This document shows positions 9,161 through 17,893 of a DNA stretch of 64,000 nt, one piece after another. The stretch covers positions 7,708-71,707 of IMG/VR virus record IMGVR_UViG_3300043434_000833; one strand, given 5' to 3'. Below the pieces are notes generated by a model that had not been told where the DNA came from, searched no databases, and was given only the letters and a program-made list of their open reading frames with translations. Every line of letters starts with the position of its first letter. Position 1 is the stretch's first letter. This DNA is from a virus. Both the position numbers and the translations under genes were made by a program.

Positions 9161-10152
9161 AAATATTAATTACAGGGGTTGCAGGATTATTAGGTTCAAG
9201 ATTATCTGATTATATTATTGAGAATCATCCGAATGTCCACATAGTAGGGATTGACGATATGAGTGGTGGGTATCGAGAAAACGTAAACCCTAAAGTTGAA
9301 TTGTGGGAAATGAATTTAGTGAATGGTGACATCGCCGAATGCTTTGAAAGACATCAATTTGATTATGTTTATCACTTCGCAGCTTATGCTGCCGAAGGAT
9401 TATCCCCATTCATTAGGACATATAACTACCAAAATAATTTAGTTGCAACATCACGCATCATTACTGAATGTATTAAACATAACATCAAGCGATTGGTCTT
9501 TACTTCAACGTTGGCGGTTTATGGTCACCAAGATGGTAATATGTTTGATGAGATTCAAGTACCAAAACCAATAGATCCGTACGGTGTTGCAAAATATGGT
9601 TGTGAAATGGATATTCAGATTGCCAGTGAACAACACGGACTTGATTGGTGTATCATTAGACCACATAACGTTTACGGTGTTAAACAGAATGTGTGGGACA
9701 AATATAGAAATGTTTTAGGTATTTGGATGTATCAACATACCATCAACGAACCTATGACTATTTTTGGTGATGGTACACAAACCAGAGCGTTTAGTTATAT
9801 TGATGATAGTCTTGAACCATTATGGAAAGCATCACAAGATAAAAGAGCATCGAAAGAAATTATTAATTTAGGTGGTATTAAAGAATATTCAATTAATGAA
9901 GCGAATGAGATTCTACGTGAAGTAGTTGGTGGGGGTACCGTGAAATATTTTGAGGGCAGACACGAAGTAAAACATTCAATACCAACTTGGCAGAAATCAA
10001 TAGATTTATTAGATTTTGAACATAAAACAGATTTAAAAGAAGGATTAACTAAAATGTGGGATTGGGTACAGACTCAACCAATTAGAGAGAGATTCGTATG
10101 GCCATTTTACGAATTAGATAAGGGAATTTATTCATTTTGGAAAACTAAATAA
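9157..10152 (+). CDS. NAD-dependent nucleotide-sugar epimerase/dehydratase (extended SDR)
   Basis: ILITGVAGLLG, YGVAK (YxxxK), RPHNVYG, GDGTQTRAF. Confidence 0.93.
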   Translation: MKILITGVAGLLGSRLSDYIIENHPNVHIVGIDDMSGGYRENVNPKVELWEMNLVNGDIAECFERHQFDYVYHFAAYAAEGLSPFIRTYNYQNNLVATSRIITECIKHNIKRLVFTSTLAVYGHQDGNMFDEIQVPKPIDPYGVAKYGCEMDIQIASEQHGLDWCIIRPHNVYGVKQNVWDKYRNVLGIWMYQHTINEPMTIFGDGTQTRAFSYIDDSLEPLWKASQDKRASKEIINLGGIKEYSINEANEILREVVGGGTVKYFEGRHEVKHSIPTWQKSIDLLDFEHKTDLKEGLTKMWDWVQTQPIRERFVWPFYELDKGIYSFWKTK

Positions 10153-10749
10153 ATGACAAAAGAATTAGTAGTATCATATTATAAAGAAAACCTATTATGG
10201 TTAAATAAAATAAAGGATTATAAAATTACAGTTTATAATAAATCTGAAATTGAAATCCCTAACACTATTAAGTTGAATAATGTTGGAAGGGAGATGCACA
10301 CGTATTTCCACCACATTACCACTAACTATGACAATTTATCTGATTGGGTATTCTTCACACAAGGAGAACCGTTTGATCACGTTAAAAATTACGATTGGTT
10401 ATTAGACGTGTTCCCAAATTCGTTAGTATATAACAAATTAAACGTAGATGATTGTTATTTTTTTACCAATGGAATTTTTAAAGATAAATTAATTAGTAAA
10501 TCTAACGGAACTCCTCATCATCACCCAATATTAAATATTGATTCATTGTGGTCTTCACTATTCACGTCACCGCCACCAATTGAATATCCATTTGTTGCAG
10601 GTTGTTTATTCTGTGTAACTAAAGAACAAATAAGGATGAGGGATATTTCCTTTTATGAGAAGTGTAAAAAAATAACTGAAGAAAGGGAACAATCTCCTTG
10701 GGAGTTTGAGAGGATGATGTTTTACGTTTTCAATAAAAATGTGATATGA
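10153..10749 (+). CDS. DUF3431-like protein
   Basis: LVVSYYKENLLW, NVGREMHTYFHHI..NYDNL, FTQGEPFDH, FER. Confidence 0.75.
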   Translation: MTKELVVSYYKENLLWLNKIKDYKITVYNKSEIEIPNTIKLNNVGREMHTYFHHITTNYDNLSDWVFFTQGEPFDHVKNYDWLLDVFPNSLVYNKLNVDDCYFFTNGIFKDKLISKSNGTPHHHPILNIDSLWSSLFTSPPPIEYPFVAGCLFCVTKEQIRMRDISFYEKCKKITEEREQSPWEFERMMFYVFNKNVI

Positions 10750-10848
10750 ATAAAATAGATAATCACTATGAATTCTTAGAAAATAATGATATATTATTTG
10801 GAGATGGTTATAAAAAAATAATTTTTGGATTTTAAAAAAAACAATAAT

Positions 10849-11958
10849 ATGAATATAAGTTTAGTACTTGCGGTTTACAATAAATTAGAATTAACAAAAG
10901 AATGTTACAAAAATGTTCGTGAATTATATCCCGAAGCTCCATTCGTTATTAGTAGTGGTGGTTCATCTGATGGTACAAAAGAATGGTTACAATCATTAGA
11001 AGACGATAACTTATCATTCTTTCACGATGATGATAGATTAACATTCTCAGAAACATATAACGCAGGTGTCGATTTAGTAGACACAGACAAATTGGTTTTG
11101 ATACATAATGATATGGTAATCGGCCAAGGGTTTTTAGAAAACTTAGACCGTTTACTTGATGAAAATCCTAATACATTATTATCATACACAACAATTGAAC
11201 CTCCAATATTTGCGGGTCATCAAAGACCGGGTAAAGTTATATTAGATTTAGGTGGTGGATTTGAGGATTTTAATCACAAATTATTTAAAAAATATGTCGA
11301 AGAAAACAATAAAAACTGTAACATCTACGACGGTGCCGTGTTCTTTATGAGTGGATTTAAATCTATGTTCGTTGACTTAGGCGGATTTGATGGTTTTAGT
11401 TTTGTTCCTTGTTTCTGTGAGGATGACGACTTTTTAATTCGTGCAAAACTTAAAGGTTATAACTTAAAGACAACGGATTGTGCTATCACATATCACTTTG
11501 TTTCACAAACATCACGATTTAGTGAAGAAATGAAAGATAATAGAAGCGGTATTGAGTTATTTTCAAATAGAAATTTTGTCAGGAAATGGGGTATTATGAT
11601 ACCTACGTTTAACCAGTTAGGGTATCAAACACAAGAAAACTTTACGTTTAATAAATTTACCATTGCACTACATTTAAGTGATATGAGTAAATTATCATTA
11701 TTAGAACCATTCTTCGATAAGATTGTAGTTAATGAGGACCCAAAAGAATATATTGAATCGGAACAACCAACTACACGTTACAATCTTTCAACTAAATTTG
11801 AAGATGTTGATAATGTGGACGTAAGAATTACACACATTAATGAATTAACGGATGAGGATTTAAATTTATTAACGAGTATTAGATTAAGTATCCCATCATT
11901 AGAAGTGGGAGAATATACATTAAATAATTTAGTGATTGATGTTAAAAATAAAATCTAA
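10849..11958 (+). CDS. Glycosyltransferase family 2
   Basis: ISLVLAVYN, YNAG, IHND, GGFD..F...CEDDDF; start moved to ATG 10849. Confidence 0.88.
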   Translation: MNISLVLAVYNKLELTKECYKNVRELYPEAPFVISSGGSSDGTKEWLQSLEDDNLSFFHDDDRLTFSETYNAGVDLVDTDKLVLIHNDMVIGQGFLENLDRLLDENPNTLLSYTTIEPPIFAGHQRPGKVILDLGGGFEDFNHKLFKKYVEENNKNCNIYDGAVFFMSGFKSMFVDLGGFDGFSFVPCFCEDDDFLIRAKLKGYNLKTTDCAITYHFVSQTSRFSEEMKDNRSGIELFSNRNFVRKWGIMIPTFNQLGYQTQENFTFNKFTIALHLSDMSKLSLLEPFFDKIVVNEDPKEYIESEQPTTRYNLSTKFEDVDNVDVRITHINELTDEDLNLLTSIRLSIPSLEVGEYTLNNLVIDVKNKI

Positions 11959-12590
11959 TATGCGTAGTTACCTACGTGTTTAACTTTCATACTCAATTGG
12001 GTGTCAATGAATACCTCGTAACCCAATTTTCTTAATTTATCCAACAATATAAAGTCTTCACCGAAGTAATCTTCGGTGTTTTCTTTGTATTGAAATTCAA
12101 AGTAAGGTTTCTCTAATTTATCGAACATATCTAATTTCATTAACATACATCCCATACCGACACCTTGAACTTTTATTAGTTCATTTTGTGGCACCATTGG
12201 AACCCAACTGTCCCAATCATTTAAATCCGTATATGCAACCGTTTTAAGAGGTTTTGAACGTCTCATATAGTTACAGGCCACAATGTCCTTATTGTGTTCT
12301 AAGAGACGTAAGGCGGTGGTTGATGAGAACATCATATCACTATCAATCCATAAGACATAATCAGATTTAACTTCTTTAGCCTTTTTAATTAGATTGTTTC
12401 TTTGATTTAGTAAAATCGTACTTGAATCAAAAAATAGGTAAGCGTCGATACCTGCCTCTCTTGTTGTGTTGAATAACTGTGTTATTGAATATGCAAATTG
12501 TGAATGTACAGTATCTCTAGTCGGAACTAAAATGGATAATTTAAGTGGTTTCACCTCCCACATTGAACTGTTATTGATTGATTTACTCAT
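11955..12590 (-). CDS. Glycosyltransferase family 2-like (GT-A)
   Basis: ILVPTRD, RNNL, LWIDSD, GVGMGCML, GED. Confidence 0.8.
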   Translation of the reverse strand: MSKSINNSSMWEVKPLKLSILVPTRDTVHSQFAYSITQLFNTTREAGIDAYLFFDSSTILLNQRNNLIKKAKEVKSDYVLWIDSDMMFSSTTALRLLEHNKDIVACNYMRRSKPLKTVAYTDLNDWDSWVPMVPQNELIKVQGVGMGCMLMKLDMFDKLEKPYFEFQYKENTEDYFGEDFILLDKLRKLGYEVFIDTQLSMKVKHVGNYAY

Positions 12591-13030
12591 AGTCCTGGTG
12601 TGTTGTCTGTTATTATATCACTTTGGTATGTAAATTCTCTACCATTATTTACCATCTCTTCCACTCGTCTCATTAGAAGTTGATAATCTTTAATTGGAAA
12701 ATTACTAATTGTTGTATATGTTAATCTTGAATATGTATTAGTTAATAAAATATCCACAGCCGCAATTCTAGCCCACTTCTCAATTAAACACATTCTTAAT
12801 ACGTTTTCATCACCGTCCAATAGCCCTTTAATACGTACTTGATCATATTCTTTAAGTATTTCACTTAACATCTTATGTTCTCTTTTATAATAAGGTATAA
12901 AAGAAAAAAAATACGTCAATTTGAGACGATTCATAAACTTGATGAGTTTTTCTCTATCGAAGTTTATTCCATTCCATTTGACGTATTGTAATTCGTATTT
13001 TGAGGGGTATTTCTTATACGTAAGATTCAT
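12587..13030 (-). CDS. Hypothetical protein
   Basis: Coupled to downstream GT; promoter motif upstream. Confidence 0.6.
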   Translation of the reverse strand: MNLTYKKYPSKYELQYVKWNGINFDREKLIKFMNRLKLTYFFSFIPYYKREHKMLSEILKEYDQVRIKGLLDGDENVLRMCLIEKWARIAAVDILLTNTYSRLTYTTISNFPIKDYQLLMRRVEEMVNNGREFTYQSDIITDNTPGL

Positions 13031-13034
13031 ACGT

Positions 13035-13065
13035 ATAATATAAGTAAAAAATGTGTAAAAGTAAA
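13035..13065 (-). promoter_or_regulatory. -33/-7 type promoter (variant)
   Basis: TTTA-N19-TATATTAT, 4 nt before ATG. Confidence 0.45.
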
Positions 13066-13066
13066 A

Positions 13067-13285
13067 TTAATATGTACCTGATCCTGATAAACCTCCGAAG
13101 CTTGAACCTTCGATAGTTTGTGACCCTGAAGGAATACTAGCAACACCTGAATATGATCTATTTCTACCCACACCTAAGGTTGAGTTTAAACCTACTTGTA
13201 CTTGACCTGGTGTAGATGCTAATCCCAAGACTACACTTATTCTTCCCATACTTACTTCGGTTCCCGTTGCTGGTACTGTACCCAT
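13067..13285 (-). CDS. Small Gly/Ser-rich virion protein, probable tail-fibre tip/cap
   Basis: VPATGTEVSMGRI..VLG start; directly follows S74 tail fibre; TATTTATA at 13314-13321. Confidence 0.55.
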   Translation of the reverse strand: MGTVPATGTEVSMGRISVVLGLASTPGQVQVGLNSTLGVGRNRSYSGVASIPSGSQTIEGSSFGGLSGSGTY

Positions 13286-13318
13286 AATATATCTCTTTTA
13301 TCTAAATTCTTTTTATAA

Positions 13319-13353
13319 ATACCCACTACATCATTTTATAACGTAGTGGGTAT
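13319..13353 (-). terminator. Stem-loop after tail-fibre gene
   Basis: ATACCCACTAC...GTAGTGGGTAT 11-bp inverted repeat; short T tract, overlaps TATTTATA motif. Confidence 0.5.
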
Positions 13354-13364
13354 GGTTAATATAA

Positions 13365-15035
13365 TTATTTTATTTTAGCTTCTAAAGCCTCAATACGATT
13401 TAATAATTCTTTGTTGGTTTCAATTAATAATGCTACCAATCTATCATATTTAACCGCTTTATAACCGTTCTCTCTTGTTGTTACAATTTCAGGTAAAACA
13501 GCCTCGATTTCTTGTGCCTTAACACCGATATCGTGACCTTCGTTTTCGTGAATACCTTCCATTGGAATCCAATCAAATGAGTAACCGTTAATTTGTTTTA
13601 ACTTATCTAAAGAGTTAGGAATATTTTCAAAATTTTCTTTTAATCTTTCGTCTGATGCGTAGTATGCTATGACGTCATTGGTTGCTCTGATTAAACCCGT
13701 AGTTGCCGGTGCTGCAGTTCCTACACCTAATCCCGTTGTAATGTATGCATTTGCAAATTGTACACTTGAAGATGTTGCAACTGCCTGACCGATTGAAACT
13801 TGAGTCCCTGACACACCAACACCAGTACCTGCGGTTACAACAGTAATATCTGCACTACCATTAAATGATACACCTTGTATTGCTCTCGCCGTTTGTAATG
13901 TTGTAGCGGTTGATGCGTTACCTGATAATGTTCCGGTAATCGTACCTGTAACCCCTAATGTGCCATTTACCTGACTATTTGACCCTAATGTAATTGTTGT
14001 TCCATCATCAGTAATGTTTGAATCATTTAAATGATCTCCACCCGCAGATTTAGCAACTTTATTATTTGTTAATGTTGGTTCACTACCTAACGCTCCTGTA
14101 TTTCTCGGTCCCGACATTAAAATACCACCCGTATAAGACGCACCTGAGGCTTGTTGGTATACCCAACGATCGTTTAAACTATCCCAAAATAATGATCCTG
14201 TATGTAATGAACCACTATCCATAACAGATAAACCACCAAATCTCACACCAGGAGATGAAGTGTTAACTGTGATTACATTGTCATTTACTCTTAATTGAGA
14301 TGCGGTTGTGTATGTAATTGATGAAGAACCTAAAACGTTTAAGTTTTCAGTAATTGTCAAAGAACCTGTTATCGTGGTATTTGAATTAATGTTTACAAAT
14401 GAACCGTTATCACTAACATTGGAATTAACCATAGTGTTAGATGAGAACTTACCTAAAACATTGTCTGTTCCTGATACTGTTACCGACGTACCTGACGTAC
14501 CCGCAGTTCCTGATGAACCTGAAGTACCTGATGATCCACTAGACCCTGAAGTACCTGATGATCCACTAGAACCTGAAGTTCCCGATGAACCGTCAGAACC
14601 GCTAGATCCCGAAGTACCTGATGATCCACTAGAACCTGAAGTTCCCGATGAACCGTCAGAACCGCTAGATCCCGAAGTACCTGATGATCCACTAGAACCT
14701 GAAGTTCCCGATGAACCGTCAGAACCACTAGAACCTGAAGTTCCCGAAGTAGCGGCATTATATGACGTACCATTAATAACCACGTCATTCGTCACATAAA
14801 GTGATCCTGATATTGTTTGGTTATCTTTAAATACGTTACTACCGGTAATAGCAAATTCAGTTGAGTCTTTGCCATCTAATTTATTGGAATCAGCAGCATA
14901 AGACGCTGAAATTGCGTTTGAGGTTGTACCGCTAATGGTTGCGTTTATTACACCGTCTACAGTAATGTCACTTTGGAAATGGGCCGAACCCGATACCGTG
15001 AGAGATCCTGAGATGTTTGCATCAAATATTTTCAT
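13365..15035 (-). CDS. Tail fibre protein with Gly-Ser/Thr repeat and C-terminal intramolecular chaperone (peptidase S74)
   Basis: YASDERLKEN...IGVKAQEIEAVLPEIV...YKAVKYDRLVALLIE chaperone domain; ISGSL beta repeats. Confidence 0.9.
   Translation of the reverse strand: MKIFDANISGSLTVSGSAHFQSDITVDGVINATISGTTSNAISASYAADSNKLDGKDSTEFAITGSNVFKDNQTISGSLYVTNDVVINGTSYNAATSGTSGSSGSDGSSGTSGSSGSSGTSGSSGSDGSSGTSGSSGSSGTSGSSGSDGSSGTSGSSGSSGTSGSSGSSGTSGSSGTAGTSGTSVTVSGTDNVLGKFSSNTMVNSNVSDNGSFVNINSNTTITGSLTITENLNVLGSSSITYTTASQLRVNDNVITVNTSSPGVRFGGLSVMDSGSLHTGSLFWDSLNDRWVYQQASGASYTGGILMSGPRNTGALGSEPTLTNNKVAKSAGGDHLNDSNITDDGTTITLGSNSQVNGTLGVTGTITGTLSGNASTATTLQTARAIQGVSFNGSADITVVTAGTGVGVSGTQVSIGQAVATSSSVQFANAYITTGLGVGTAAPATTGLIRATNDVIAYYASDERLKENFENIPNSLDKLKQINGYSFDWIPMEGIHENEGHDIGVKAQEIEAVLPEIVTTRENGYKAVKYDRLVALLIETNKELLNRIEALEAKIK
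14548..14736. repeat. 63-bp tandem repeat, about 3 copies, encoding a 21-aa G-[TS]-S unit
   Basis: gaagtacctgatgatccactagaacc recurs at 14548, 14611 and 14674; partial copy at 14521. Confidence 0.95.
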
Positions 15036-15056
15036 ATGGTTATATTGTTATACTCA

Positions 15057-15064
15057 TATAAATA
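15057..15064 (-). promoter_or_regulatory. TATTTATA putative late promoter
   Basis: 21 nt upstream of tail-fibre ATG. Confidence 0.5.
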
Positions 15065-15092
15065 CTTGATTATTTGTGTTTATGAAAAAAAT

Positions 15093-17225
15093 CTATAAAT
15101 TTCTTATTAAATTATTTAATTCTTTAATAACATCGTCTCCAGTTATGGTTTTAGAACACTCAAATTGTTTATCCGTACGTTCAAGTATGGGGCACCAATT
15201 CCAATTTCCAGGGTCAAATTCGTGATTTGACCAACAGCTATTACACACATTTTTATTGATTATGCGGGTAACACCATTTAAAGGTTCTAAATCTACGTCA
15301 GTGAACCCCGATATAATGACTGTTGGAGTTTCCGAAGCCCAAGATAACCAACTTAAACCGCTACTAATACCAATAAAGAATTCGGACTCCTGTAAAACTT
15401 TAATTAAATCTTTTAAACTACCTTTTGGTTGAGTTGTAATACCTTTAGGATGTTTATTACCCATATACCCGTCCTCTTCTCTTGATAATAATCTTACCTC
15501 GTAACCTTTATCATTTAAAAAATCAACAACTTCTTGCCAACCCGTTGGGTTATTCCAATATTTACATTGTGAAGTTGAGTGGATTGCGATTGAAACTAAT
15601 TTTTTCTTCTTCTTACCTAATTTTGGTAACAATGGTTTAAGTTCAACATATTTTAAACCTAAGATGTCGGAACCTACCTTCATCAACGGTTCCTTTTTAG
15701 GGTCGGTTAAATGTCTTGAATAGTCTATTTCACGTTTATTATCGTAGAATAACCCTAATCTATATAATGCATATACATTGTTAACAACCGCACCAGGCTC
15801 GACAAATGTTAAATTTGGGTACTGTTCTTTAAATAAATCATTATTAAACGATGAACAAATTACCTCACAATTTTTATCAATTCTAAATTTTTCAACATAT
15901 GGTATCCAAGCCAAACTGTCACCTAATGATTTGGATTCAAAACAAATCATCACTCGTTTATTTGATGGGTCAAATTCATATTCTTGATAAAAGTCATTAT
16001 CAACACCTTTTATTTTAATCAACCAATCGACGTAATATTTTTTTGAGGTTCTCGCCCAATGATTACTCTTTAAATTTAATCGATACTCAACTTTGTTATT
16101 TTTCTTATTGATAAATTCCACACTATAAAGATAGTCACCATCTTCGACGATTTCGACGAATGGTCCATCTACGAAATTGTAATTGACTTTTCTATTCGAT
16201 GGTTTATCTTTTCTAATAATTTTATTTTTTCTTCTAAATTCATTCACATTAGTGTCTAATTTTTGTTCAAAGATTGTTACTCCTTGATGAAAGACTTCGA
16301 CTGTTTGACCTTCGACATATGTACCAATTTTATTTAGTACATAATCACCTCTTTTAATTGTTTGAAAAGTTTTTAAATCACCATAGGTAATCTCTATTAG
16401 ATAATCTTTATCTGCCGGTTTTTCGGAAAACCCCGAGATAAAGTGAATATATAACATATTAAAATCGTCAACACCTAAATAAGTTTGTAGACGGGTACCA
16501 TTTTTAGTGATACCGTTTCTATTCCAAGCCGCAAAAATATTTAACTCATTGTCATTAGGGACGTACTTACTAACAAACACACTATCGGTAACAGTTCTTA
16601 AGGTTTGGTAGAATACCTTCTCTAACTGCCATCTATTGGGTTTATTTTTAAAATATTCTTCTTTGGTATTAATTTTATTGATTAATTCTAATGCGATATC
16701 GGTTTTAATTGAGAATATGTAAGTGGCACTATATGGATTTTCTTCTTTTGTTGAATCTTCCGAATATTCGTAGACAACCGCATCATTACTCCTCATATAC
16801 TCCATAAAGGATTGACGATATTGTATTTCATCAGGTAAATTATCATATTCTAAAAAGTGGATGTATTTTTTTCCTAATTGTTTGGCTAAGTTGAATGCGT
16901 TTTTCATAGTTAACCAAATCGCATAGTCGTGATGAAAATCTACTTTATTGATTATTTTATAATCACCTAAATCGGTCCATCTATCACTAAAGACATCGTA
17001 TTTAACATAATCTTTTTCTAATAAAATATCGTTATTCGAGTCATAAATAAAATAATCTGCTAACTTTTGAATTTCAGGATTAACAGGATAATGTCCACAT
17101 AATATAATTGGGCAATTATATACCCTCAATCTTGTAAGTAATTCCTTTAATACGTTTTCTTTATCTTTATTATCGGGCCAGCAGTCGACCACAAACACAT
17201 CTTCCGTAAATTGTGTGTATCCCAT
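15093..17225 (-). CDS. Aah/TibC-like protein O-glycosyltransferase (autotransporter heptosyltransferase family) with long N-terminal extension
   Basis: SLGDSLAW, STSQCKYWNNPTGW, FFIGISSGLSWLSW, IISGFT, and four-Cys iron-finger-like CNSCW...WCP...FECSKTI. Confidence 0.85.
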   Translation of the reverse strand: MGYTQFTEDVFVVDCWPDNKDKENVLKELLTRLRVYNCPIILCGHYPVNPEIQKLADYFIYDSNNDILLEKDYVKYDVFSDRWTDLGDYKIINKVDFHHDYAIWLTMKNAFNLAKQLGKKYIHFLEYDNLPDEIQYRQSFMEYMRSNDAVVYEYSEDSTKEENPYSATYIFSIKTDIALELINKINTKEEYFKNKPNRWQLEKVFYQTLRTVTDSVFVSKYVPNDNELNIFAAWNRNGITKNGTRLQTYLGVDDFNMLYIHFISGFSEKPADKDYLIEITYGDLKTFQTIKRGDYVLNKIGTYVEGQTVEVFHQGVTIFEQKLDTNVNEFRRKNKIIRKDKPSNRKVNYNFVDGPFVEIVEDGDYLYSVEFINKKNNKVEYRLNLKSNHWARTSKKYYVDWLIKIKGVDNDFYQEYEFDPSNKRVMICFESKSLGDSLAWIPYVEKFRIDKNCEVICSSFNNDLFKEQYPNLTFVEPGAVVNNVYALYRLGLFYDNKREIDYSRHLTDPKKEPLMKVGSDILGLKYVELKPLLPKLGKKKKKLVSIAIHSTSQCKYWNNPTGWQEVVDFLNDKGYEVRLLSREEDGYMGNKHPKGITTQPKGSLKDLIKVLQESEFFIGISSGLSWLSWASETPTVIISGFTDVDLEPLNGVTRIINKNVCNSCWSNHEFDPGNWNWCPILERTDKQFECSKTITGDDVIKELNNLIRNL

Positions 17226-17893
17226 TATCTTTTTGTTATTATTATGATTCCGTTAAGGAAATTTATTGATTCAATATCAGTTCTACAATCCGGTTGTACT
17301 CTATTTGAAAAAGGTATTAATTTATCTTCTCGTCTGTCCCATACTGCAGGTTGATCTTCCACATTCTCAAGACCTCTAAAGTTCACATCGTCAGTCAATT
17401 TCTTAAAGTATTCCATCATAGTATTAGGTTTATTCAAACCACCACCATATGAATGAAAGTATGATGTGTGAACATCCTCAATTACATATACTCCACCCGA
17501 TTTAACTGAACCGAATAAATGTTCGAATGAATAAATTACGTGTTCATTCATATGTGAACCATCGTCCAAAATCATATCGAACGGCCCATACTGTTGCCAT
17601 ATTCTTGATAAAAAATTACCATCATACTGTGAACCAATTTCAACCATTATTCTCGGTTCTTCGAAACTTTTACAATCAGGATTAATATCAATACCTAATA
17701 TGTTTGAACGATAAAAGTAATCTTTCCAAGTTAATAGAGATTTACCATCTAAAATTCCAATCTCCATTATGTTTATTTCTTCGTGTCTTTTAAATGGTAA
17801 GTATTTCTCATACTTAACACAATAATTGTGTTTTTCTGACGACTTATCCGTACCATAATCAATTGCTAATCTGTCTAATGTGCTCATTTCCAA
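17225..17893 (-). CDS. Sugar O-methyltransferase (MycE/TylE-like class I SAM)
   Basis: YGTDK, EIGI..G.SL..W..YF, GIDI, GSQ, DDGSH, GGVYVIED. Confidence 0.85.
   Translation of the reverse strand: MEMSTLDRLAIDYGTDKSSEKHNYCVKYEKYLPFKRHEEINIMEIGILDGKSLLTWKDYFYRSNILGIDINPDCKSFEEPRIMVEIGSQYDGNFLSRIWQQYGPFDMILDDGSHMNEHVIYSFEHLFGSVKSGGVYVIEDVHTSYFHSYGGGLNKPNTMMEYFKKLTDDVNFRGLENVEDQPAVWDRREDKLIPFSNRVQPDCRTDIESINFLNGIIIITKR

Noticed and set aside
10746-10835. 29-codon ORF MNKIDNHYEFLENNDILFGDGYKKIIFGF coupled to the DUF3431 gene
   Set aside because: Too short and motif-free to support; may be a remnant of a deleted gene
14548-14736. CRISPR array
   Set aside because: Contiguous in-frame coding repeat with no unique spacers; no cas genes
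14308-14799. PEVPDDP-repeat ORF (+) and the 102-aa alternate-frame ORF
   Set aside because: Shadow frames of the GC-richer tail-fibre repeat
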